From positions 3,436 to 67,435 of the forward strand of contig UQDS01000001.1 of NCBI GenBank assembly GCA_900539865.1: a DNA stretch of 64,000 nucleotides, read 5' to 3'. Shown in pieces: positions 37,298-47,268 of the stretch. The notes beneath the pieces are model-generated. The model saw nothing but the letters and a program-made list of their open reading frames with translations, was not told where the DNA came from and did no database searches. The DNA is from an uncultured Mollicutes bacterium (lineage in GTDB: Bacteria; Bacillota_I; Bacilli_A; RFN20; CAG-288). Made by a program: the position numbers and the translations under genes. Each line of letters opens with the position of its first letter. Positions within the stretch are counted from its first letter, which is position 1.

Positions 37298-38671
37298 TTA
37301 TTTTTTCTTGTTGTTAGGACGATCCATGTGGAAGTCTTTGGCATTGCCACCGCTTTTTGCGATATTGGTTAAGACGATTTTTCTACGGTGCTTGAATTTG
37401 ACTAAATCCACAGCCTTTTTTACCTTTTTCTTATAGCCAGGTTTGACTTTCGTCGTCTTGTTTTGATTGACAGCATGTCTGATTTTCTTTTGCAAGACTT
37501 CTGAGTCAGCGCGGTCTTTCTTTCCTAAATTTTTAAATTCGTAAGCGCCTTTGTTCTTTTTCAGAGCATCCTTTGTAAGCGTGTAAGTATCAAATTCTAC
37601 TTCACGTCTTACCAAGTCTTTTACGCGATTGACACTTTCTTCATCATCGTAAGTGTAAAAGACAAAGGAATCACCAGGGGCGTTACATCTTCCAGCGCGT
37701 CCTGCTCTGTGGAAATAATAATCGCTGTCTTTGCTCAAGTCTAAAGAAATGATGCATTCGACATCCGGAATATCTAAACCGCGAGAGACATAATCGGAAG
37801 CGAGCAATAACGTTTGATCCTCTTTGCGGAAATTGTCTAAGACTTTCTTAATGTCGCGTTTATCTAAACCACCATGCACAAAAAGGAAAGGTCTTTTCAA
37901 CGCTTTCAGGTCATCTGCGACTTTGTAAAGCTCTTCTTTGGTAGAGACAAAGGCGATGGCTTTAAAAGGTTTGGCCTCGTTTAAGAAACGAGTCAAAGCT
38001 TCTGCTTTCGAGAAAGTTCTAATATCGACCAAATGGTGTTTGACACTTTTGGAAGTGATGGCTTCTCTGACATCGACAAGGTTTAAAATGTTGAATTGAG
38101 ATTTGACACGCTTGATATCTTGAATGTTTAAAGAGGCAGAGAAGAAAGAAATCATGTGTGCTTCTCTCGGCTTTTTCAACGCTTCTAATGCGCTTTGGAA
38201 ACCATCGAATGCAATCATGTCGCCTTCATCGATAATGACACGTTTTAAGCGGTTGATGGGGTAATGGCTTGCCATTGTCGGATAGATTTCCGGGGTGATT
38301 AAAACGACAACAGGCTTTGCTCTACCATAATCATTTTTTGAGTAGATAGCTTTGACAGCATCCGCAGGGAAACCCATTTTGAGGGTGAATTCCTCAAAGA
38401 CCGACTTAATCTGGTCTAACAAAGCGACAGTCGGAGAGATGATGACCGCCTGAACATGACCGTCATTTTCTAAGTCATTTAAAATAGGTAAAGCGTAAGA
38501 AAGCGTCTTACCTGTTCCAGTAGGAGCTAAGGAAAGTACATTTTTATTTTTTAAAAGCAATGGGATTGTTTTCGCTTGAACAGGAGACATAGAAACAAAG
38601 CCATCTTCTTTTAAGATGTCTAAAATTTCCTTTTTTAATGCTGTGGATCCAAACGGCAGTTCTTGATTCAT
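37298..38671 (-). CDS. DEAD-box ATP-dependent RNA helicase (CshA/CshB-like) with a DEGD motif II variant and a basic C-terminal tail
   Basis: Q-motif/APTGTGKT (motif I), IIDEGD (motif II variant), SAS, HRAGRAGR (motif VI). Confidence 0.8.
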   Translation of the reverse strand: MNQELPFGSTALKKEILDILKEDGFVSMSPVQAKTIPLLLKNKNVLSLAPTGTGKTLSYALPILNDLENDGHVQAVIISPTVALLDQIKSVFEEFTLKMGFPADAVKAIYSKNDYGRAKPVVVLITPEIYPTMASHYPINRLKRVIIDEGDMIAFDGFQSALEALKKPREAHMISFFSASLNIQDIKRVKSQFNILNLVDVREAITSKSVKHHLVDIRTFSKAEALTRFLNEAKPFKAIAFVSTKEELYKVADDLKALKRPFLFVHGGLDKRDIKKVLDNFRKEDQTLLLASDYVSRGLDIPDVECIISLDLSKDSDYYFHRAGRAGRCNAPGDSFVFYTYDDEESVNRVKDLVRREVEFDTYTLTKDALKKNKGAYEFKNLGKKDRADSEVLQKKIRHAVNQNKTTKVKPGYKKKVKKAVDLVKFKHRRKIVLTNIAKSGGNAKDFHMDRPNNKKK

Positions 38672-38696
38672 ATTTCACCTCGAATTGTTTTGATTT

Positions 38697-40436
38697 TTAC
38701 TTTTCTTCCGTTTCGTTTTCAACAATTTTAATTCCTAAGATGTCCGTGTCTTTTTCCGGAACACGAGAAGGGCATTCTGACATCGGTTCATAAGCCTTTA
38801 AGTTTTTCGGGAAGCTAACGACGTCACGGACATTATCGGTGTCACAAAGTTCCATGGCCAAACGTTCCACACCGATACCAAATCCACCTTCCGGCGGAAC
38901 ACCATATTTAAGTGCTTTAACGAAGAATCCGAAACGGACATTGATATCTTCTTCGCTCAAGCCGAGAAGTTCAAAGACTTTTTGTTGTGTGCCAGCATCA
39001 TGAATTCTTAAGGCGCCAGAAGAGAGCTCAACACCATTTAAAACAGTGTCATAACTGGTAGAGTGTATTTTCGTAGGATCTGTATCAAAATAACCAAGAT
39101 CTTCATCCAAAGGACGAGTGAAAGGATTGGATAAAGAGACAATGCTACCATCCTCTTCGCGTTCAAACAAAGGCCAATTGATGACAAAGAGAGGCTTGAA
39201 GAGATCTTTTTTGCAAAGGCCTAATTTCTTTCCATAATAACTTCTTAAAGCGCCTAAGGCCCAGCAGGCTTTATCCTTGGAAGCGTCGGCACAGAGGATA
39301 ACAAGATCATCCTCTTTCACTTGTAAGGCATCTTTTAACATCAAAAGATTTTCTGCCTTGATATTTTTGACAATGTTTGAGACAAACTCTCCATTTTCCA
39401 CTTTGAGATGACTGACACCAAAGACATGCATCTTTTTGGCTAAGAGATTGTCACTATCCATCTGTTTTCTGGTAGTTTCTTTGGCGACATTAGGAATGAC
39501 AATTGCCTGAATTGATTTTCCTTCATATGCTTTAAAACCACAATCTTTCAACGCATCGCTGACATCGTGAATGAGCAAACCAAAACGCGTATCCGGTTTA
39601 TCTGTTCCATAAGAGTGAATGGCAACTTCATAATCCATGCGCTCGAAATCAGGAAGGTCGATATTTCTAATTTTCTTGAAAAGGTGTTTTAATAAACCTT
39701 CGATAACTTCTAAAACATCTTCTCTTTTTACAAAGGACATCTCGCAGTCGATTTGCATGAACTCTGGCTGGCGATCAGCTCTTTGGTCTTCATCGCGATA
39801 ACAATGGGCCAATTGGAAATAGCGGTCACATCCTGCAATCATCAACAATTGTTTGTACAATTGTGGGGATTGGGGAAGGGCGTAGAAATTGCCAGGGTAA
39901 ATACGAGAAGGAACCAAATAGTCTCTGGCGCCTTCGGGAGTGGATTTGATTAAAGTCGGGGTGTCGATTTCTTGGAAACCATTGTCGATGAGGTATTCTC
40001 TGGTGTAACGGTTGATATCCGAACGAACCTGCAAATATTTTTGCATGATGGGACGACGAAGATCTAAATAACGATAGACCAGACGTAAATCTTCACTGGC
40101 TGTGGTGTCATCTTTAATTTCAAAAGGAGTGAGTTCGCTTTTCGAAAAGACTTCAATCTTTTCTACATCGATTTCAATTTTTCCAGTCGGGATATTATCA
40201 TTTGCGACTTGGCGCAAGATGACTTTACCAGTAGCTCCGATACAATATTCACTTTTCAGCATATGCTGATGGAAGAGTTCGGTCGAAATATTCAATTGAG
40301 TGATACCGTATTTATCTCTTAAATCGACAAAACAAAGCGATCCTAAATTTCTAACAGTATTGACCCATCCGCAAAGAGTTACTTCTTTGCCGATGTCTTT
40401 TTCGGTGAGTTCACCGCATGTGTGTGTTCTAAGCAT
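38697..40436 (-). CDS. aspS: Aspartate--tRNA ligase
   Basis: MLRTHTCGEL...GWVNTVRNLGSLCFVDLRD OB anticodon-binding N-terminus and class II core; the hisS-aspS pair. Confidence 0.9.
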   Translation of the reverse strand: MLRTHTCGELTEKDIGKEVTLCGWVNTVRNLGSLCFVDLRDKYGITQLNISTELFHQHMLKSEYCIGATGKVILRQVANDNIPTGKIEIDVEKIEVFSKSELTPFEIKDDTTASEDLRLVYRYLDLRRPIMQKYLQVRSDINRYTREYLIDNGFQEIDTPTLIKSTPEGARDYLVPSRIYPGNFYALPQSPQLYKQLLMIAGCDRYFQLAHCYRDEDQRADRQPEFMQIDCEMSFVKREDVLEVIEGLLKHLFKKIRNIDLPDFERMDYEVAIHSYGTDKPDTRFGLLIHDVSDALKDCGFKAYEGKSIQAIVIPNVAKETTRKQMDSDNLLAKKMHVFGVSHLKVENGEFVSNIVKNIKAENLLMLKDALQVKEDDLVILCADASKDKACWALGALRSYYGKKLGLCKKDLFKPLFVINWPLFEREEDGSIVSLSNPFTRPLDEDLGYFDTDPTKIHSTSYDTVLNGVELSSGALRIHDAGTQQKVFELLGLSEEDINVRFGFFVKALKYGVPPEGGFGIGVERLAMELCDTDNVRDVVSFPKNLKAYEPMSECPSRVPEKDTDILGIKIVENETEEK

Positions 40437-40454
40437 AATAGTTTTTTATACCTC

Positions 40455-41696
40455 TTATTTAAGTAGGTCCTCCAAAGTGACATCGTTCTGTTGACGTGTC
40501 TCCATATTCTTCAACTGAATTCGATGATCTTGCTCAATGATTAAAACATTTCTTGCATTCTTGCGGTCTGCCATTTTAAAAGAACCGCCCATGGCTCTTG
40601 TATAAGAGCTAAATGTGACACGGTAACCTTTTTGACGCAAACTATCAGCGATATAAGAAGCGTAACCGTCTCTTGCAAAATCAATGATGAAATAATCCAA
40701 CGCCTTTGTCTCGATGATTTCTTTTTTACGCTCTTCTGTCAAAGCGATGATAAGGCGTTCTACACCTAAGCTAAAGCCGATGCCTTCATAATCAGGACCG
40801 CCGATAGCAGCCATCAAAGAGGAGTACTTACCACCGCCTCCAATAGCGCCAAGGGTCTTGTTTTCGCTGTCGTAGAGCTCCCAAACTAAACCAGTGTAGT
40901 AATCTAAACCGCGGACAAGCTCATCTTCCACCGTGTATTCGATACCGATAAGGTCTAAAGCAGAAGTGATATTTTCAAACTCTCTCTTGTCTTCGTCGTT
41001 GAGGAAGTCGCGAATGCGGGGTGCGTTTTTAGCGATTTCCTGATCTTCTGGTACCTTGCAGTCAAGAATACGAAGCGGGTTGGTTTCTAAACGGCGTTTA
41101 CAATCCTCACACATGGACTCAATCTGCGGTTTAAAGAACTGATAAAGTTCTTTTTTATATGTCTCACGCGATTGGAAAGAGCCTAAGAAATTGATCTTTG
41201 CAATGACTTTGTGGCCCAAAAGTTTTTCTGCGCTTCTTAAAGAAAGCAAGAAGGCGTCTAACGTGGTAGCTAAATCAACTTTAGAGTCGATGAATTCCAC
41301 ACCGAATTGATTGAATTGACGAAGACGTCCAGTCTGGGGTCTTTCATAGCGGAAAACGGGGCCAAAATAGGTGTAGCGAAGTGGCATATCTGGAAGCGTG
41401 TACCATTTGTTTTCAATGACAGCACGGCTGACACTCGCAGTGAATTCCGGACGTAAAGTGTAATCTTTATCACCCTTTCTTGCTAAATCAAACGTTTCTT
41501 TTTGAACGATATCAGAGCTTTCTCCTACTGTTCTGTGGAAGAGACGATTTTCTTCAAAAATCGGCAATTCGATTTCTTCTGCGCCATATGCGCGTGCCTC
41601 TTGAAACAAGATCTCTTTGATCTTGGAAAGAACAAGGCATTCTTCGCCAGCGTAGTCGATTGTTCCACGCGGTTTCTTGATCATTTGTTCGGCCAT
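40455..41696 (-). CDS. hisS: Histidine--tRNA ligase
   Basis: ...PRGTIDY... and RPEFTASV motifs. ATG 41696 with a GGAGG RBS; the ORF-track TTG extension is rejected. No T-box in the 186-nt AT-rich upstream region. Confidence 0.9.
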   Translation of the reverse strand: MAEQMIKKPRGTIDYAGEECLVLSKIKEILFQEARAYGAEEIELPIFEENRLFHRTVGESSDIVQKETFDLARKGDKDYTLRPEFTASVSRAVIENKWYTLPDMPLRYTYFGPVFRYERPQTGRLRQFNQFGVEFIDSKVDLATTLDAFLLSLRSAEKLLGHKVIAKINFLGSFQSRETYKKELYQFFKPQIESMCEDCKRRLETNPLRILDCKVPEDQEIAKNAPRIRDFLNDEDKREFENITSALDLIGIEYTVEDELVRGLDYYTGLVWELYDSENKTLGAIGGGGKYSSLMAAIGGPDYEGIGFSLGVERLIIALTEERKKEIIETKALDYFIIDFARDGYASYIADSLRQKGYRVTFSSYTRAMGGSFKMADRKNARNVLIIEQDHRIQLKNMETRQQNDVTLEDLLK

Positions 41697-41897
41697 ATGA
41701 AAAACCTCCAAAATTAATAAGTTAAATAAGCTGATATATTATAATATAAAATATATATTTAATAAATATCTAAATTAATTAGAAAATTTTTATTTTAGAA
41801 CACGCAATTGATTTTTTATTTAATAAATCAAAAGCGAAATGGATTGACAAGAAAAATCTTTTAAATGAATCGATGGATTTTTTATAAAATTTCAAAG

Positions 41898-42938
41898 CTA
41901 AAAAGTATCGATATAAGAGAATAATTTCCCTAGAGCTTCTTCTTTTTGAAAGACACCGATGCTCTTTCCTTTAGCAAAGAGAACAAAAGTGTCTTCTTTT
42001 CCGCTACCGGCAATGCCGATGTCGGCATCAGAGGCTTCACCGATGCCATTGACGGGGCATCCCATTACAGCAACCTTGATTTTCTTTTCGACAAAATCAA
42101 GATGATCCATAACCATGCGAGAGACTTCTTTTAAAGGAATCAACGTTCTTCCGCAACCGGGACAAACAATCAGTTCTGGTACATTTGTCTTTCGATTGCT
42201 CAAACGCAACAGCTCTTTGCACGCTCTTAATTCTTCGATGCGATCATCGGCTAAAGAAATGCGAATGGTATCGCCGATTCCATCTTTTAACAGCGGATAA
42301 AGGGCCGTGGCAGAACGGATGCTTCCAAGAGTGGAAAATCCGCTTTCGGTAAGGCCGATGTGAAGAGGATAAGGATATCTTTCATAGGCTTTTCGATAAA
42401 TGTTTTCTAACAGTAACGGATCGCTTGTCTTCAAACTCAAAACGATATTTGAAAAATGATGCAAAGCAAAAAGATCAACCATGTTATCGCAAACTTTTAG
42501 AATTTCTTCGGATTTTGTCAACATCGTTTTGTTAAGATCAATGAGAGAACCAGAATTGATACCAACGCGAATAGGAATATTTTTTTCTTTACACAAAGAA
42601 ATAATCTCGCGCAGTTTTGTCTCATCGCGCATATTTCCCGGGTTGATTCTAATTTTGTCGACACCAGAATGAATGCTTTCTATTGCAAGATGCGCGTGAT
42701 AATGAATATCAGCAATGATCGGAATATCAACTTTTTGTTTGATTTCTTTTAAAGCAAGCGCGTCATGAATATCAAGCACAGAAAAACGCATCATGTCTAA
42801 GCCCCGCTTAGCAAGATAATTTGTCAAAGCGATATTTTCTTCCACGTTTGACGTTTTGATGTCGGACATAGATTGAATCAGACAAGGATATCCTTCACCA
42901 ATCATTTTGTTTCCAATAGAAAAAGAAATGTGTTTCAT
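41898..42938 (-). CDS. ispG: 4-hydroxy-3-methylbut-2-en-1-yl diphosphate synthase IspG (GcpE), short Firmicutes type
   Basis: ...IRINPGN... TIM-barrel region and the C-terminal CPGCGRT Fe-S motif. Confidence 0.8.
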   Translation of the reverse strand: MKHISFSIGNKMIGEGYPCLIQSMSDIKTSNVEENIALTNYLAKRGLDMMRFSVLDIHDALALKEIKQKVDIPIIADIHYHAHLAIESIHSGVDKIRINPGNMRDETKLREIISLCKEKNIPIRVGINSGSLIDLNKTMLTKSEEILKVCDNMVDLFALHHFSNIVLSLKTSDPLLLENIYRKAYERYPYPLHIGLTESGFSTLGSIRSATALYPLLKDGIGDTIRISLADDRIEELRACKELLRLSNRKTNVPELIVCPGCGRTLIPLKEVSRMVMDHLDFVEKKIKVAVMGCPVNGIGEASDADIGIAGSGKEDTFVLFAKGKSIGVFQKEEALGKLFSYIDTF

Positions 42939-43028
42939 CTTCTCTATTGTACAAAAAAAGAAAGGAAAGAAAAAGAATCATAATCAAAAGAAAAAAACCT
43001 TGTTTGGCTAAGATATATCATTTTATTC

Positions 43029-43057
43029 TTGAAATCAGGTGGTTCAGTCAATATAAT
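43029..43057 (+). promoter_or_regulatory. Sigma-A-type promoter TTGAAA -17 nt- TATAAT for rpmG-efp
   Basis: Consensus hexamers with a 17-nt spacer, ~50 nt upstream of the rpmG RBS. Confidence 0.6.
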
Positions 43058-43105
43058 AATAAGGCTAAGTTATACATTAATCTAGAAAGTTAGGAGGATA
43101 CAACT

Positions 43106-43264
43106 ATGGCAGAGAAACGTGCAAATATCATTCTCCGTTGCAAAGAATGCAAACACGAGAATTACATCACCACAAAGAACAAAAAGGCTCATCCGGAGCG
43201 CTTCAACACTACCAAGTATTGCCCGTGGTGCAACAAACCCACTCTTCACGAAGAAAAGAAATAA
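43106..43264 (+). CDS. rpmG: 50S ribosomal protein L33 (52 aa; not in the ORF track because <60 aa)
   Basis: [52 protein letters not shown]: the L33 Cys4 zinc ribbon and NYITTKNK motif; AGGAGG RBS 8 nt upstream. Confidence 0.85.
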   Translation: MAEKRANIILRCKECKHENYITTKNKKAHPERFNTTKYCPWCNKPTLHEEKK

Positions 43265-43305
43265 AATTCTTTTTTAGTTTTTGAAAGGAAAAGGAGAAAC
43301 ACACA

Positions 43306-43875
43306 ATGGCTGATATGATTATGATCGGTGATGTCGGACCGGGTAAATCCTTTAAGGATGGTAACGATATCTACACTTCCCTCAACATCGAACACAACAA
43401 GACTGCTATGAGAGGTATGATCGTCAAGATCAAAGCAAAGAACCTCAGAACCGGTTCCATCCGCGAAATCTCTTACAATGGTGACACTAAGGTTGAACAA
43501 ATCTATCTCGACAAGAGAACAATGAATCTCGAATATGCCGATGATACTCTTGTTCATTTCCAAGATGCGGAAACCTTTGAAGAAGTTTCTATCCCCAGAG
43601 ATAGACTTACTTGGGAACTCAACTTCATCTCTTATGAGAACCCGATCATCGTCACCTTCTATGAACAGGAGCTTCTCGGTGTTGAACTTCCGGCAAAGGT
43701 CACTCTTTTGATTACCGAAACGGATGACAATGCTGTTGCTGGTGACACTGTCAACAAGGCTACTAAGGACGCTATCCTTGAGACTGGTTACAAAATTAAA
43801 GTCCCGATGTTCATCAAGAGTAATACGAAGATTATCGTCAAGACGGAAGACGGTACGTACGACTCCAGAGCTTAA
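43306..43875 (+). CDS. efp: Elongation factor P
   Basis: ...KNLRTGS... and the overall EF-P three-domain pattern; 189 aa. Confidence 0.85.
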   Translation: MADMIMIGDVGPGKSFKDGNDIYTSLNIEHNKTAMRGMIVKIKAKNLRTGSIREISYNGDTKVEQIYLDKRTMNLEYADDTLVHFQDAETFEEVSIPRDRLTWELNFISYENPIIVTFYEQELLGVELPAKVTLLITETDDNAVAGDTVNKATKDAILETGYKIKVPMFIKSNTKIIVKTEDGTYDSRA

Positions 43876-43937
43876 TCTCTAGATTTTTAAGGCCGGCATT
43901 GTCCGGTCTTTTGTCGATTAGAAAGGAATGAAATAAC

Positions 43938-44174
43938 ATGCCACTTTGGTTACAGATTGTCTTGCCGATTGTCACTTTGATTCTCGGCGGTGTCGCTGGT
44001 CTTTTTATCGCCAGAAAGTTAGTCACCAAGCAAATTGAAGAAAACCCTCCCTTCAACGAAGACATGATTCGTGCGATGTACAAGTCGATGGGTAGAACCC
44101 CTTCCCAGGCTCAAGTAAACAATACCATGAGAGCCATCAAAGCTGCCCAAAAACAGCAAGTCAATAAGAAATAA
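43938..44174 (+). CDS. UPF0154 (YneF-like) small membrane protein
   Basis: MPLWLQIVLPIVTLILGGVAGLFIARK...NPPFNEDMIRAMYKSMGRTPSQAQ closely parallels B. subtilis YneF. Confidence 0.65.
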   Translation: MPLWLQIVLPIVTLILGGVAGLFIARKLVTKQIEENPPFNEDMIRAMYKSMGRTPSQAQVNNTMRAIKAAQKQQVNKK

Positions 44175-44182
44175 TTCAAGAA

Positions 44183-44209
44183 AAGCCCGGTTAATTACCG
44201 GGCTTTTTA
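44183..44209. terminator. Bidirectional terminator (AAAAGCCCGG-TTAATTA-CCGGGCTTTTT) serving yneF (+) and plsY (-)
   Basis: Symmetric hairpin flanked by A and T runs between convergent genes. Confidence 0.8.
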
Positions 44210-44252
44210 TGTTCGATTTTTTAAAAAAAGATAACTTTTTGAAATAAAGTTG

Positions 44253-44993
44253 TTACTTGTTTATATCGCCTTTTTTCTTGAACTTTGTCTCAGGTTCAAT
44301 TCCTTTTTCAAGGCGGTCGATATTCGTTTTGTGGCGAATGACGATAATGATGACATAAACCAAGATAGCAAGGAAAGTGTAATAAGAAAGATGCAAGAAG
44401 AAATTAGGAGCAAAATAGGTTCCGAAATTGTACTGATTGATATCAGAGTAAATAGTCAAGTCAAGAATCATCGGAACAAGATAAACCGTGAAGGTGACTG
44501 GTGCGCCAATTAAAGAAGCAAGGGAGACTCTTCTTTTCCAAAAGAAGATGCTGAAGAAGGTAATGCCACCGACTAAAGCAGCAAGAGGACTGGTGAAGAT
44601 GACAAAACCGGCAAAGCAAGCAACACATTTGCCACCTTTAAAATGGGCGAAGAGAGGGAAGGAATGACCGATTGCAACAGAGAGACCAACAAGGCAAACA
44701 AAGATTTCTTTTAAATAACGGTACTCGACCAAAGGAATCGGGGCAAAAGTTAAGATGATCATTGTGATCAAACAGGGAATATAACACTTTAAACCGTCTA
44801 AAAACATGGTTAAGATTCCCGCGGTCTTTCCGACAACACGCCCGACATTTGTTCCACCCGCGTTCTTGCTGCCTTCTTTAAGAATATCGATTCCATGACG
44901 TTTCGCTATGAGTTTTGCCGTCGGAATGGAACCGCAGATATAGGAAAGGATAGCAAAGCCGAATGCAAGTAAAATAGTATAAGTTAATTCCAT
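44253..44993 (-). CDS. plsY: Glycerol-3-phosphate acyltransferase PlsY
   Basis: GSIPTAKLIAKRHGIDILKEGSKNAGGTNVGRV...LDGLKC: PlsY signature blocks; multi-TM. Confidence 0.85.
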   Translation of the reverse strand: MELTYTILLAFGFAILSYICGSIPTAKLIAKRHGIDILKEGSKNAGGTNVGRVVGKTAGILTMFLDGLKCYIPCLITMIILTFAPIPLVEYRYLKEIFVCLVGLSVAIGHSFPLFAHFKGGKCVACFAGFVIFTSPLAALVGGITFFSIFFWKRRVSLASLIGAPVTFTVYLVPMILDLTIYSDINQYNFGTYFAPNFFLHLSYYTFLAILVYVIIIVIRHKTNIDRLEKGIEPETKFKKKGDINK

Positions 44994-45333
44994 AATAATT
45001 GATTTTTATCTTTCTTTCATCACACCTAGTATGATAGTTAGTATTATATCGAAAAGAGATACATTAGTAAAAGAATAATCATAAATTGTGAGCAAATTAT
45101 CGGTTGTGAGACAACTGTTCCATAACTGCATAATTTTTTTAATTTTTGAATTGTTTTTGTTAAAAAACACGAAAAAAGTAACAATTTAAATTTTTTTAAA
45201 ACAGAGAATCACTCTTTTTATCCTAAGAACGAGTTATCCGAGTGAAATTATTCACACAATTATATATATATTTATTAAAAACTTTATTTTTAGCGCTTTT
45301 TTGGTTAAAATAAAGACTGAGGTTTTTTTATCT

Positions 45334-47268
45334 ATGGGCTCTAATTATGATGCAAAAAGTTTGACCATTCTTCATGGTCTAGAACCGGTTCGTGAACGCC
45401 CCGGTATGTATATTGGTTCTACTTCCACCATGGGCTTGCACCATTTGGTGTGGGAAATTGTCGATAACGCTGTCGACGAAGCTAACGAAGGACACGGTAA
45501 AAACATTTATGTGACGATTCATGACGATGGATCGTTAGAAGTTTTGGATGAAGGTCGCGGTGTCCCCTGTGACTATAACTCCCGTGAAAAATTAAACGGA
45601 TTTCAAATTGTTTATCAAACGCTCCATGGCGGCGGCAAATTCGATGAGAGCAATTACAAGAGCGCCGGCGGTCTTCATGGCGTTGGTGCATCTGTTACCA
45701 ATGCTTTATCAGAATGGATGGAGATTCACTCTTATCGTGATGGCATCGATCACTTTGCACGCTTTGAACAAGGCGGAAGTAAATTCTCCGGCATCAAAGA
45801 GCTTGGTAAAACAAACAAGCGCGGCACATGTGTCCGTTTCTTTCCTGATCGTTCCATCTTTGAAGATATCGTCTTTGACTTCGACCGCATCGCTTCCCAT
45901 TTGGATGATCAAGCCTGCTTGACGAAAGGCGTTGTCTTTCATTTGAAAGATGAAAGAACCAACCGTCAAAAAGAATTTTACTATCAAAATGGTTTGGTTG
46001 AATATTTCAATCGTCACACCTACAACAAACCTCTGCTGACAAAGCCGATGCATTTTGAAGGAAGTGATGGCGACATCAAAGTCGATGTTGTCTTTGGCTT
46101 CTTAAAAGATTCTTATGATGAAAAAATCATCGCTTTTGCAAACGGCGTTAGAACAGGAGACGGCGGCTATCATGTCACTGGCTTAAAAAAGGCAATCACC
46201 TCTTGTTATAACAAGTTTGCAATCAACAATAATCTTGTCAAATCAAGCGCTCCTTTAGATGGCGTCTGTTTGCGTGAAGGTCTAGTAGCTATCCTTTCGG
46301 TTTGGGTTCCGGAACATCTTTTGCAATTCGAAGGTCAAACTAAGGGAAAACTTGGTACAAAAGAGGCGCTGAATAGCACCGATTCCGTCATTGAAAATAG
46401 ACTGGATTATCATCTTGTAGAAAACCGTGCCGAAGCGGAAGCGGTTATTCGAAAGACGATCAACGAGATGAAAGCGCGCGATAAAGCGGAGGCGGAAAAG
46501 AAAAAAGAACGTGAGTTGCAGAAGAACAATATCACTGGGGCAGAGCTCTCCAATAAACTCACACCGTGCTCTTCCAAAGAATATTTGAAGAACGAACTTT
46601 TTATCGTAGAAGGTGACTCTGCAGGAGGTTCTGCAAAGAAAGGCAGAAATCCCAAACACCAGGCCATCTTACCGCTTCGCGGAAAGCCGAAGAACACCAC
46701 CGAAGTCGAGGACGAAAAGATCCTTTTTGGAAATAAAGAAATCAACACGCTCATCAATACAATCGGTGCTGGTTATGGCAAAGAATTCCGCATTAAAGAT
46801 ATTCATTATGGCAAAGTCATCATCATGACCGATGCGGATGACGACGGTAGTCACATTCAATCTTTGCTCATGACATTCTTCTATAATCACATGAAGCCTT
46901 TGATTGAAAACGGAAACCTTTATATTGCATGTCCTCCTTTATATCGTGTCTATAACAGCAAAAAAGAAATTTATTGCTACGATGATGAGGAATTAGAAAA
47001 AGCAAAGGCGGAAATAGGCAGTGGATATCGCGTCAACCGTTACAAAGGTTTAGGTGAAATGGACTATGCGCAACTTTCGGAAACCACAATGAATCCGGAG
47101 CGTAGAAAATTGTTGCAGGTCGTTTTAAACGACGATGACGACACTGCTGATAAGGTCACCATTTTCTTAGGAAAAGACAGTGACCGCCGCAAAGAATGGA
47201 TCAGCAACAATATCGATTTTACTTCCACTGATACCTTCTTAAAGGAGGTCTTACACGATGAGAAATAA
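45334..47268 (+). CDS. parE: Type IIA topoisomerase ATPase subunit, most likely topoisomerase IV ParE (GyrB paralogue)
   Basis: LEPVRERPGMYIGS, GHKL ATPase and TOPRIM (EGDSAGG) regions; adjacency to plsY mirrors B. subtilis plsY-parE-parC. ATG 45334 preferred over the TTG 45301 extension. Confidence 0.6.
   Translation: MGSNYDAKSLTILHGLEPVRERPGMYIGSTSTMGLHHLVWEIVDNAVDEANEGHGKNIYVTIHDDGSLEVLDEGRGVPCDYNSREKLNGFQIVYQTLHGGGKFDESNYKSAGGLHGVGASVTNALSEWMEIHSYRDGIDHFARFEQGGSKFSGIKELGKTNKRGTCVRFFPDRSIFEDIVFDFDRIASHLDDQACLTKGVVFHLKDERTNRQKEFYYQNGLVEYFNRHTYNKPLLTKPMHFEGSDGDIKVDVVFGFLKDSYDEKIIAFANGVRTGDGGYHVTGLKKAITSCYNKFAINNNLVKSSAPLDGVCLREGLVAILSVWVPEHLLQFEGQTKGKLGTKEALNSTDSVIENRLDYHLVENRAEAEAVIRKTINEMKARDKAEAEKKKERELQKNNITGAELSNKLTPCSSKEYLKNELFIVEGDSAGGSAKKGRNPKHQAILPLRGKPKNTTEVEDEKILFGNKEINTLINTIGAGYGKEFRIKDIHYGKVIIMTDADDDGSHIQSLLMTFFYNHMKPLIENGNLYIACPPLYRVYNSKKEIYCYDDEELEKAKAEIGSGYRVNRYKGLGEMDYAQLSETTMNPERRKLLQVVLNDDDDTADKVTIFLGKDSDRRKEWISNNIDFTSTDTFLKEVLHDEK

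Noticed and set aside
41712-41897. T-box riboswitch upstream of hisS-aspS
   Set aside because: The region is only 186 nt, extremely AT-rich, and lacks the conserved T-box sequence and a GC-rich antiterminator.
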